Source of the DNA: Phycisphaera mikurensis NBRC 102666
Lineage (GTDB): Bacteria > Planctomycetota > Phycisphaerae > Phycisphaerales > Phycisphaeraceae
Direction of reading: 5' to 3'
DNA: 32,000 nucleotides
NCBI RefSeq assembly: GCF_000284115.1
Contig: NC_017080.1
Span: 780,001-812,000, forward strand
Position 1 is the stretch's first letter, and each line of letters opens with the position of its first letter. The notes below the pieces were generated by a model, which was not told the DNA's origin, made no database searches, and saw nothing but the letters and a program-made list of their open reading frames with translations. Below are positions 22,461 to 30,814 of this stretch, piece by piece. A program made the translations under genes and the position numbers.

Positions 22461-25010
22461 TCACTGGAACGGGATGTCCAGCGTGAAGGAGATCAGCTCG
22501 TCCTCGTCGCCCTCCTCGTCGAGCAGCGGGACGGCGAAGTCGATCGCGAAGGGTGCTTGGCTGAGGAACGGGATGGCCATCCGGATGCCGGCCCCGACGC
22601 TCACGCGCCAGCGGCCCAGGTCGACGGAGGTGTCGATGGTGCCCTGGTCGGTGAAGACCACGCCGCGGAGGTAGCGGTCGACCAGCGGGAACTCGTACTG
22701 CAGCGTGGTCAGCAGGCTGAAGCGGCCGCCGACGGCGTCGTCGCCGACCTGGCCGGTGTCGTTGCGGACGCCGCGGGGGCCGATCCCGCGGAAGTCGAAG
22801 CCGCGGAAGCTGCGGCCGCCGGCGTAGAAGCGCTCGAAGACCGGCGCCTCGTTCTCCTGGAGGATGTAGCCGGCGTCGACGCCGAAGCTGACGATCGTCC
22901 GGCGGTCGAGGTAGTCCTGATCGACGGTCCAGAACTTGGTGAAGCCGGCACTGAGCCGCGTGAACTCGAAGCTGCCGCCGAGGGCGCCCACCTGGTCGAC
23001 GCCGAACTCGGTGCGGCTGCCGCGGCTGGGGGTGAAGAAGCTGTCGGCGGTGGAGCGGGTGAAGCTCAGTCCCAGCGAGGTGAGGTCGTTGTCGCCCTCG
23101 ACCGCGAAGACGTCGACGGGGGCGTCCTCCTCGATGTCGGCGATGCGGATGCTGTTGTAGCGCCCGACCACGGCGCCCGACCACACGTCGCCGAAGCGGC
23201 GGCCGACCCCCACGCTGCCGCCGCCGCGCCGCTCGTCGAACTCGCGGCGGTCGCGGTCGTTGAAGAAGGCCGACAGCGAGAGCGAGAAGTCGCTCTCGAG
23301 GAAGGCGGGGTCGCGCCAGCTCACGGCGTAGCTGGAGTTGCGGGCGCCGGGGCTGGCGGTGAGGTTGAAGGTCTGGCCGGCGCCCCGGAAGCTCTGGCCG
23401 GTGACGAAGTCGCCGAGGGAGGCGGGCGTGTCGGTGATGTCGAAGTTGCGCTGCGTGAGGTCGATCGCGCCGCCGAGGCCCAGGTCGGAGCTGACGTTCG
23501 CGCCGAAAGCGATCGACCCGGTGTTCCGCTCCTGCACCTCGATGAGCACGTCGCGGACCGCGTCCCCGGGCTCGCCGAGGATCGTGACTGTCGGCTGGGC
23601 GAAGAGGGCGGACTCGGAGAGCCGCCGCCGCGTCTCCTCGAGCCCGACGGCGTCGAAGCGGCGGCCGGGCGTGAGCCCGCGGGTCTCGCGGAGGACGACC
23701 CGGGTGCGCGTCAGGTTGTTGCCGCGGACGTCGACCTTGCCCACGACCGCGGGCTCGCCCGGGTCCACGCCCACCTCCAGCGCCACTTCCGGCCGCTGGG
23801 GATCGAAGCGACGCTCGACGCGGGCCTCGGCGTCGAGGTGGCCCAGCCGCCCGTAGAGCGCCTCGATCGCCGCACCCGATTCCACCGACTTCTTGACGCT
23901 GAACACCGAGCCGGGCTTGAGGCTCATCGCCAGCAGCAGCTGCTCCTCGGGGATCAGCAGCGGGCTTGCCGCCCCCGCGCCGCCAGCGGGCACGAACCGG
24001 ACCGACTTCACCGTGTAGCGGGCGCCCTCCTCGACGAGAAACGTGACGACGGCCCGCTGCTGGTCGGGCGAGACGTCGATGCGCGAGCCGACCTGGGCGT
24101 CGAGGTGGCCGCGGTCGCGGAGATACTCCCGCACGCGGGCGGCGTCGAGCTCCACCAGGTCGCGGTCGAGGTTGCCCTGCCGCAGCACGGGGATGCGGGT
24201 CGGCTGCTTCACCTCCTTGCGGAGCTCGTCGTCGCTGAAGACCTCGTTGCCCTCGAAGGCGATGCCGTGCACCCGGAGCTTGGGGCCCTCGCGGATGGTC
24301 AGCACCAGCGTCCGGTCACGCCGCAACGCCTCGCGGTCGACGCTCACGTCGGCGACGAAGAAGCCGCGTTTCCGATACAGCTCGCCGATCTGCCGCACGG
24401 CCCGCTCGACGAGGAACTCGTCCGCCGGATCGCCGGCCCGCAGCGTGACCGCGCTGCGCAGCGTGAGGTCGTCGACCGCTTTGTTCCCGCGGATCTCCAC
24501 CCCCTCCAGCAGCGGCTGCTCCTCCACGCGGTACACGAGCCGCACGCCGCCGGCCACCGGCTCGACCTCGGCGAACACCTTCCGGAAGCGGCCCAGCCGC
24601 GTGAGCCGGTCGATGTCGTCGTTGACGCGGGCGGCGTCGTAGGGGTCGCCGGGGCTCATCCGGACGGCGTTGCTCGCGAGCGTCTCGGAGACGGTCTCCA
24701 GGCCGGCGAAGCCGACCTCGACCACGGCGCGGTCCGTCCAGGCGTCGGCTGCCTCCTGGGCGAAGCCAGCGGGGGCCGGGGACGCGGCGAGCAGGGTGAG
24801 GCAGAGCGTGAGGCTCCCCGCGAGGCGGCCGGAGCGTCGGCCCGGGCCGGCGGCCCTGCCGCCCGGGGTGTCTGGGCGCTGGGCGCGTGCCGTCGGGTTC
24901 ACAGTCGGCCGATGGTAATGGCGGGCCGGCGGGCGCGTCGCAGCGGCGGGCCACCCTCCCGCGGCCCGCGGGGGTCGCCGGGGGCGGCGGCCCGCGGTGC
25001 GGTCCCGCAT
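22461..25010 (-). CDS. bamA: Outer-membrane protein assembly factor BamA (POTRA repeats plus Omp85 barrel)
   Basis: POTRA-like repeats (VVEVGFAGLETVSE..., IEGVEIRGNKAV..., VHGIAFEGNEVFSDDEL...) and a C-terminal barrel ending FTLDIPFQ. The start is uncertain between ATG 25010 and GTG 24902. The signal-like segment is LTLCLTLLAASPAPAGFA. Confidence 0.9.
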   Translation of the reverse strand: MRDRTAGRRPRRPPRAAGGWPAAATRPPARHYHRPTVNPTARAQRPDTPGGRAAGPGRRSGRLAGSLTLCLTLLAASPAPAGFAQEAADAWTDRAVVEVGFAGLETVSETLASNAVRMSPGDPYDAARVNDDIDRLTRLGRFRKVFAEVEPVAGGVRLVYRVEEQPLLEGVEIRGNKAVDDLTLRSAVTLRAGDPADEFLVERAVRQIGELYRKRGFFVADVSVDREALRRDRTLVLTIREGPKLRVHGIAFEGNEVFSDDELRKEVKQPTRIPVLRQGNLDRDLVELDAARVREYLRDRGHLDAQVGSRIDVSPDQQRAVVTFLVEEGARYTVKSVRFVPAGGAGAASPLLIPEEQLLLAMSLKPGSVFSVKKSVESGAAIEALYGRLGHLDAEARVERRFDPQRPEVALEVGVDPGEPAVVGKVDVRGNNLTRTRVVLRETRGLTPGRRFDAVGLEETRRRLSESALFAQPTVTILGEPGDAVRDVLIEVQERNTGSIAFGANVSSDLGLGGAIDLTQRNFDITDTPASLGDFVTGQSFRGAGQTFNLTASPGARNSSYAVSWRDPAFLESDFSLSLSAFFNDRDRREFDERRGGGSVGVGRRFGDVWSGAVVGRYNSIRIADIEEDAPVDVFAVEGDNDLTSLGLSFTRSTADSFFTPSRGSRTEFGVDQVGALGGSFEFTRLSAGFTKFWTVDQDYLDRRTIVSFGVDAGYILQENEAPVFERFYAGGRSFRGFDFRGIGPRGVRNDTGQVGDDAVGGRFSLLTTLQYEFPLVDRYLRGVVFTDQGTIDTSVDLGRWRVSVGAGIRMAIPFLSQAPFAIDFAVPLLDEEGDEDELISFTLDIPFQ

Positions 25011-25084
25011 CCCCGACGGTTATGCTCCGGGGCACCCTTGAAGCTCCGCACGCGGCGGTGGCTTCGCCACCGCGGAGGCGCACC

Positions 25085-25663
25085 ATGGAACAGGATCAAG
25101 CCGCGAGACGGATCGCCGGCAAAGCGTTCGTCCTCGGCGACGACATCGACACCGACCAGATCATCCCCGCGGAGTACCTCGCGTACAACCCCAGCGATCC
25201 CGAGGAGCGGAAGTTCTTCGGGATGTACGCGAACGTCGGCGTGCCCAAGGGCCAGTCGGGCTTGCCCGGCGGGAACCTCCGCTTCGTCCCCGAGGGCGAG
25301 TTCCACAGCGCGTACAAGATCGTGATCGGCGGGAAGAACTTCGGGTGCGGCTCCTCGCGGGAGCACGCGCCGCTCGCGCTGGCCGAGGCGGGCGTCGAGG
25401 TCGTCGTGGCCGAGTTCTACGCCCGGATCTTCTTCCGCAACAGCGTCAACGGGGGCTACCTGCTGCCCATGGAGGCAACGGAACGCCTCTGCGACGGCGC
25501 GGTCGAGACCGGCGACGAGTGCGAGGTGGACCTCGACGCCGCCACCCTCACCAACCGCCGCACCGGCAAGCGCTACGCGCTCAACCCGCTGGGCGACGTG
25601 CAGCCGATCGTCGACGCCGGCGGCGTCTTCGCCTACGCCCGGCAAGAAGGAATGCTCAGCTGA
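25085..25663 (+). CDS. leuD: 3-isopropylmalate/homoaconitate dehydratase small-subunit-like protein (aconitase swivel domain)
   Basis: DIDTDQIIPAEYL and GKNFGCGSSREHAPLAL. ATG 25085 lies inside track ORF 24887..25663. Confidence 0.8.
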   Translation: MEQDQAARRIAGKAFVLGDDIDTDQIIPAEYLAYNPSDPEERKFFGMYANVGVPKGQSGLPGGNLRFVPEGEFHSAYKIVIGGKNFGCGSSREHAPLALAEAGVEVVVAEFYARIFFRNSVNGGYLLPMEATERLCDGAVETGDECEVDLDAATLTNRRTGKRYALNPLGDVQPIVDAGGVFAYARQEGMLS

Positions 25664-25677
25664 ACGCGGCGGCCGGC

Positions 25678-26616
25678 GTGCTCGGGGACCTGATCGCCGC
25701 GGGCATTCCGGCGGAGGCCGACGCCCCCCTCGGTGCCCGCACGTGGTACCGCTGCGGCGGGCGGGCCGAGCTGCTCGTGAAGCCGCGGACCGTGGACGAA
25801 GCGGCGGAGATCCGGCGGCGGTCCGCGGATTCGGGCACGCCCTTCCGCGTGCTCGGCGGGGGGGCGAACCTGCTCGTGCCCGAGGGCGTGGTGCCGGGGA
25901 TCACGGCGCGGCTGGCGGGCCCGGCGTTCGAGGGTGTCCGGCTGGAGGCGCAGCGGCTGGAGGCGGGGGCCGGCGTGGACCTGTACGCGCTCGTCACCGC
26001 CGCCACCCGCGCCGGCCTCGCCGGGCTCGCCCGCGTGGCGGGGGTGCCCGGCACCGTCGGCGGCGGCATCGCCATGAACGCCGGCGGCGCCCACGGCGCC
26101 CTCGGCGACCGCCTCGCCTCGGCGACGCTGCTCGACGCGGCGGGGCGGCTGGAGCGGGTGCCCCCGTCGGCGCTGCGCCTGGGCTACCGGACCAGCGAGC
26201 TCGGCGGGCGGCTCGTCGTCGCCGCGGCCTTCCTTCTGGAGCCGGAGGACCCGGCGTCGATCCGGGCCCGCGTCCGCGAGCGGCTGGCGCTGAAGAAGGC
26301 CGAGCAGCCGCTCGCCGCGAAGAGCGCCGGCTGCGCGTTCCGGAACCCCTCGGGCGCGTCGGCTTCGGTCGGCGATCCACAAGATCCGGGCAGTTGGGCG
26401 GCGGGCAAGCTGATCGACGCCGCGGGCTGCAAGGGGCTGCGGATCGGGTCCGCCCGGGTCAGCGAGCGTCACGCGAACTTCGTCACGGTCGATGCGGGCG
26501 GCCGGGCCGCCGACGTGCTGGCGGTGATGGACGAAGCGGCCCGCCGGGTGGCGGACCGCTTCGGCGTCGCCCTGGAGCGCGAGGTCGCGGTCTGGACGAC
26601 CCGGCCTTCCCCGTGA
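25678..26616 (+). CDS. murB: UDP-N-acetylenolpyruvoylglucosamine reductase
   Basis: GGGANLLV, GVPGTVGGGIAMNAGG, SAGCAFRNP and SERHANFVTV. The start is inferred as GTG 25678 (or CTG 25660), just after the leuD stop. Confidence 0.85.
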   Translation: MLGDLIAAGIPAEADAPLGARTWYRCGGRAELLVKPRTVDEAAEIRRRSADSGTPFRVLGGGANLLVPEGVVPGITARLAGPAFEGVRLEAQRLEAGAGVDLYALVTAATRAGLAGLARVAGVPGTVGGGIAMNAGGAHGALGDRLASATLLDAAGRLERVPPSALRLGYRTSELGGRLVVAAAFLLEPEDPASIRARVRERLALKKAEQPLAAKSAGCAFRNPSGASASVGDPQDPGSWAAGKLIDAAGCKGLRIGSARVSERHANFVTVDAGGRAADVLAVMDEAARRVADRFGVALEREVAVWTTRPSP

Positions 26617-26642
26617 CCCGGGCCGCCCGCCTCCCGGCGGGT

Positions 26643-27833
26643 TCACCGCGGCAGCGGCAGCACGGCCGACCGCACCGCCGCGGGCGCCTCGCCCGCCGCC
26701 TCGGTCCAGTGTGCCGTGAGCCGCCCGCCCACCGCCGCCAGCAGCACGTGGCTCGGCAGGTCCGGCCCGCCGCCCGCGAACGCTGCCGGCTCCGACCAGG
26801 TCTCGCCGCGGTCCGTGGAGATGGCCGCCACGAGCGTCGTCCCTTCCGCCGCGTGGCGCGTCCACGCCGCGGCGACGACGCCGCCGCCGAGGGCGGCCAT
26901 CCGCGGGTGGGTCGCCCCGTCGCCGCCGAGGCGGACCGGCGGCGACCAGCTCTCGCCGGCGTCGTCGCTGAAGGCCCGGTAAAGACCGGCCGCACCGTCT
27001 TGGCCGGTCCACACCGCGGCGAAGAGCCGGCCGCCGTCGGGCTCGGCGGCGAGGCCGGCGCCGACGTGCGGGCAGCCGTCGGAGGCCCAGCCGAAGCGGG
27101 CGACGGGGCTGCCGTCGCTCCACGTCCGGCCGCCGTCGAACGTCCGCGCGGCGGCCATGTCGCTGGGCTCGACGTCGCGGTACACGAAGACTTCCGCGCC
27201 CCCGACGGCCGCGAGGGCGTTCCAGCAGCAGGCGCAGCCGGCGGCGTCCACGACGACGGGCTCGGACCACGACGACGCGTCGGGATCGAACCGGGCCGAA
27301 CGCATCGAGCGGGCGTCGTCGCTCGCGTCGATCCACACGAGGGTGAAGCCGCCGCCCGGGCTCGCCTGCAGCGCGGGGAAGCGGGCGCCGTGCGCTCCCG
27401 CCGGGTCGTCCGCCGGGAAGGGCGCGGGGTCGCCGGCGGGCGACCACGTCCGGCCGCCGTCGCGTGAGACCGCGGAGCCCAGCGGGCCCGATCCCCAGAC
27501 GCCGGTGCCGCGGCCGGGCCAGACCGCCAGCAGCGTGTCGCCGGCCGCGGCGATCGCCGCGTCCTCGCCGCGCGAGACCTTCTTGATCGGTGGGCCGGCC
27601 GGATCGCCCTTGACCGCGACGGGCGGAGACCACGCGGCGCCGCCGTCGGCCGAGCGGTCGTACGCGAGGCTCATCGTCTTGCCGTCGGCGTTGGCGTGGC
27701 CGACGAGCCGGTGCAGGACGCCGCCGTCGGCGACGACGGCGAGGCTGGCGGCGGGCGCCGGGCGGGTGCCCCCGGCCGCCGGCCCGCAGCCGCCGAGCGG
27801 GAACACGGCGGCCAGCGCCGCGGCGGCGAGCAC
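26643..27833 (-). CDS. BNR/Asp-box repeat lipoprotein (beta-propeller, sialidase-like fold)
   Basis: Lipobox AAVFPLGGC. Five SxDxGxxW boxes: SADGGAAWS, SRDGGRTWS, TFDGGRTWS, SDDAGESWS and STDRGETWS. The start is GTG 27833 or CTG 27839. The longer track ORF extends falsely into the upstream gene. Confidence 0.8.
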   Translation of the reverse strand: MLAAAALAAVFPLGGCGPAAGGTRPAPAASLAVVADGGVLHRLVGHANADGKTMSLAYDRSADGGAAWSPPVAVKGDPAGPPIKKVSRGEDAAIAAAGDTLLAVWPGRGTGVWGSGPLGSAVSRDGGRTWSPAGDPAPFPADDPAGAHGARFPALQASPGGGFTLVWIDASDDARSMRSARFDPDASSWSEPVVVDAAGCACCWNALAAVGGAEVFVYRDVEPSDMAAARTFDGGRTWSDGSPVARFGWASDGCPHVGAGLAAEPDGGRLFAAVWTGQDGAAGLYRAFSDDAGESWSPPVRLGGDGATHPRMAALGGGVVAAAWTRHAAEGTTLVAAISTDRGETWSEPAAFAGGGPDLPSHVLLAAVGGRLTAHWTEAAGEAPAAVRSAVLPLPR

Positions 27834-27850
27834 CTTCAGCAGATGAGGCG

Positions 27851-28591
27851 TCAGTGCAGGTCCCACAGGCCGTCCTTGTAAGCGGGGTCGCGGCGGTCGA
27901 ACACGTTGTTGCCGGTCCACACGCCGACGGGGCCGGCATAGAACGGCGGCTCCATGCGGCGCGTGTCGGCGTGGCCGTCGAGCCAGGCGACGCTCGCCCG
28001 CTCGCCGTGCCGGGCGTTGGGCCGGCACTCGAAGCTGCCGGCGTCGGGCCGCCCCTTCCAGCTCGGCGGCCAGAGGTGCGTCGCGTCGCGGGGCTGGCCG
28101 AGGTCGTTGATCCCGCCGTCGGCGAGGCCGACCGTGTCGGAGGGGGCGCGGACCTGGTGGATCCGCTTTCGGTTGAGGTTCGTGTTGAAGCCGTAGCTCG
28201 CCTCCAGCACGACCCGCCGGCTCGGATCGAGAGGATCCGGCCGGGTGGGGTTGGCGTTCTCGGGGCAGTTCCAGACGTCCGCGTCGCGGTGCTCGGCGTT
28301 GGTCGCGGTCTGCTCCAGGTAGGGGACGAGCAGCATCTTGCGGTCGGTGCCGGGGCTCCAGGAGACCCACCGGCCGCCGTGGTCGTCGGCGAACATCAGG
28401 GCGGCTTGGCCGATGCTCCGCGCGTTGGCGAGGCAGGCGACGCCGCGGCCGGCGCCCCGGGCGGCCCCGAGCGTGGGGAGGAGGATGCCCACGAGCAGGG
28501 CGATGATCGAGATCACCACCAGCAGCTCGACGAGCGTGAAGCCCCGCGGGGCGGGGGAGGCGCCGGCGCGGCGCAAAATCGAAGAAGGCAA
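27851..28591 (-). CDS. Prepilin-type N-terminal methylation-domain protein with an intact H-X9-DG motif (copy C)
   Basis: [30 protein letters not shown] and HGERASVAWLDG. TTG 28591 lies 5 nt after GGAAGGA; TTG 28576 is the alternative. Confidence 0.85.
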   Translation of the reverse strand: MPSSILRRAGASPAPRGFTLVELLVVISIIALLVGILLPTLGAARGAGRGVACLANARSIGQAALMFADDHGGRWVSWSPGTDRKMLLVPYLEQTATNAEHRDADVWNCPENANPTRPDPLDPSRRVVLEASYGFNTNLNRKRIHQVRAPSDTVGLADGGINDLGQPRDATHLWPPSWKGRPDAGSFECRPNARHGERASVAWLDGHADTRRMEPPFYAGPVGVWTGNNVFDRRDPAYKDGLWDLH

Positions 28592-28710
28592 GAGAATCCT
28601 TCCGGCCGGGCGGCCGAACGGGGGGAGCGCGAGCGGCCGGCGGCCGCGCGTCGCGCAGGGGAAGAGACGCCGACGCGGACCCGGAGGCCCGCGCGCAGCG
28701 CCGTCGCGGT

Positions 28711-29112
28711 TCAGCCCGCGGCCGGCGGCGCCCGCCCGGCGAGCCGCCGCAGCGGCGCGGGCTCGGCGGGGCGGTGGGCGTCGTCGCGCTGCGCCGCGAG
28801 CCAGTCCAGGCGCTCGCTCGACGCGATCAGCACCAGGCCCGGCGCGGGCAGGTCGAGCGTGCCGCTGAAGTGGCAGATCGGGCAGGAAGAGCCCGGTTCC
28901 GCGGGGCCGCCGGGTGCGGGCGTTCGGCCGGGGTTCTCGCCGCCGGGCAGCACCAGCACGCAAAGCGGGCAGAGCACCTCGCCGCCGGGGGAGGCGGCGG
29001 CCGTGCCGCCGAGGCGGGCCGACCAGGCGTCGCGGTCGTGCATCGGGATCACCGCGCAGAACAGCACCCCGAGCCAGGCGCACGTCGCACAGGTGAAGAG
29101 GCGTTGCAGCAT
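28711..29112 (-). CDS. Small membrane-anchored Cys-rich protein (133 aa), DUF2946-like; third paralogue of the small-protein family
   Basis: Hydrophobic N-terminus FTCATCAWLGVLFCAVIPM, then CPLC and SCPICHFSG motifs. The C-terminus GRAPPAAG* and the DNA across the stop resemble the junctions at 13152 and 16825. Confidence 0.6.
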   Translation of the reverse strand: MLQRLFTCATCAWLGVLFCAVIPMHDRDAWSARLGGTAAASPGGEVLCPLCVLVLPGGENPGRTPAPGGPAEPGSSCPICHFSGTLDLPAPGLVLIASSERLDWLAAQRDDAHRPAEPAPLRRLAGRAPPAAG

Positions 29113-29210
29113 CGGGAGCCGGCGGGGCCGGCGGGAGACGTTACCCGCGGGTCAGCCGCGTGGCGGCGCGGCGCCGAGCCGGTCGGCGTCGGTCGGGTTC
29201 GGGCGCGGGC

Positions 29211-30638
29211 TCAAGCCTGCACGAAAGCCGGACCCGAGGCGTCGTACCCGTCGGCGGGGTGCAGCCGCATGCCCGGCGTCCGCGGGTCGCCGCCGAGGGC
29301 CGGATCGTCCGTGTCCCGCATCCAGCCGTCCAGCCGCGCCCGCATCTCGGCGAGCTCGCGGGCGTAGCGCGGATCCGCGGCGACGTTGCACGCCTCCGAA
29401 GGATCAAGAAACAGGTCGAAGAGCTGCTCGTCGGGGCGGGGCCCGTCGAGCACGCCCGCCGCGTGCAGCCGCGTCTTGCTCGGGCCGTTGTCGATGTTCG
29501 GGAGCACGGCGTGCGGCGGACGATGCGCGTCCAGCCGGCGGATGTAGCTGTGCCGGGCGGTGCGGACGCTCCGCATCGGCTCGTGCGCCGCGTGGTCGTT
29601 CACCTCCGCGAAGACGGCGTCGCGGACGGCGGCGGGGTTCTGCGGATCGTCCAACGCCGGGCGGAGGGTTCTGCCCTGGGCCCAGGCGGGCGTGTCGATG
29701 CCCGCCGCCTCGCACACCGTCGGCAGCAGGTCGACGTGGCTCACCAGCGAGTCGACCACGACGCCCTCGGGCAGGCCCGCGCCGGCCATCAGCAGCAGCA
29801 CGCCGGTGCCGTGGTGGGTGAGGTTGCACTTCATGTGCGGGAACGCAAGGCCGTGGTCGGTGGTGACGAAGACCAGCGTGTTCTCCTGGAGGCCCGCGGC
29901 GTCGAGCGCGTCGAGGATGGCGCCGTGGTAGCGGTCGAGCCGGGCGACCGCGGCGGCGAAGTCGGCGAAGTCGGCGCGGGTGGCGGGGGTGTCGGGCAGC
30001 GGCGCGGGGACGCGGGCGTAGCGTGAATCGCCGGCCGGCGAGCCGCCCGCGTTGTGCCACTGCTCGTCGGCCGGGCCCGCCCCGGGCTTCGGCGTGCGGT
30101 GCGTCGCGAAGAAGCCCACGTCCAGCAGGAAGGGCTTGCCCGCGGCGGCGCCGCCCGCGCGGTCGCCTCCGCTGCGCCGACGCAGGAACCCCGCCGCCAC
30201 CTCCACCGTCGCCTCGTCAAGCCCCGCCCAGTCGTGCGGATCCACCCCGCGTCGCTTTCGGAACAGCTCGTCCGTGTACCCGAGGTCGCGCATCGACGCC
30301 CCGTCCTCCAGCGTGTGGACGTGCTGCAGGCCGGCGAGGACCGTCTCGTACCCCGCGTCCCGCAGCACCGCCGGCATCGTCCGCTCCGGCTGCTCCAGCC
30401 GCCCGCCGCGGTGCGTGAGGCCCATCATCCCGTTGCTGTGGGCGTAACGGCCCGAGAGCAGGCAAGCCCGGCTCGGCGAGCACGTCGGGTTGTTGCAGAA
30501 GGCCTGCCGGTAGGTGACGCCCCGCTCGGCGAAACGCTGGAGATTCGGCGTGTCGACCGCGAAGCCGTAGGGGCTGGCGTGCCGGCCGGTGTCGTGGCTG
30601 TGCAGGTAGAGGACGTTCGGGCGCGTCATGGGCGGCAT
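29211..30638 (-). CDS. Formylglycine-type sulfatase
   Basis: NVLYLHSHDTGR and the signature NPTCSPSRACLLSGRY (CxPxR). No obvious signal peptide. Confidence 0.9.
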   Translation of the reverse strand: MPPMTRPNVLYLHSHDTGRHASPYGFAVDTPNLQRFAERGVTYRQAFCNNPTCSPSRACLLSGRYAHSNGMMGLTHRGGRLEQPERTMPAVLRDAGYETVLAGLQHVHTLEDGASMRDLGYTDELFRKRRGVDPHDWAGLDEATVEVAAGFLRRRSGGDRAGGAAAGKPFLLDVGFFATHRTPKPGAGPADEQWHNAGGSPAGDSRYARVPAPLPDTPATRADFADFAAAVARLDRYHGAILDALDAAGLQENTLVFVTTDHGLAFPHMKCNLTHHGTGVLLLMAGAGLPEGVVVDSLVSHVDLLPTVCEAAGIDTPAWAQGRTLRPALDDPQNPAAVRDAVFAEVNDHAAHEPMRSVRTARHSYIRRLDAHRPPHAVLPNIDNGPSKTRLHAAGVLDGPRPDEQLFDLFLDPSEACNVAADPRYARELAEMRARLDGWMRDTDDPALGGDPRTPGMRLHPADGYDASGPAFVQA

Positions 30639-30814
30639 TCTGGCGTGCGGCGGAGGGCCGGCGACGGGCGCCCCCCCCGCCCCCGACCCCGGTGTCGATC
30701 CGCGTTCATCTGTGGCTGGTCCCTCGCCCCTGGCGGTGACGCGCTTCGGGACAGTCTCCAGGCCCGCGCGGCCGCGTGCCCGGCCGCGGGGCGAGGCTTA
30801 GCGTCCGCCCGCGC

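Noticed and set aside
22557-29821. Very long track ORFs 22557..25325(+), 25633..27939(-) and 27854..29821(+), and the 575-aa and 410-aa extended versions of the BNR and H-X9-DG genes
   Set aside because: They are antisense or out of frame to bamA, murB, BNR, H-X9-DG and sulfatase genes that carry diagnostic motifs. Their composition is Arg/Gly/Pro/Ala-dominated.
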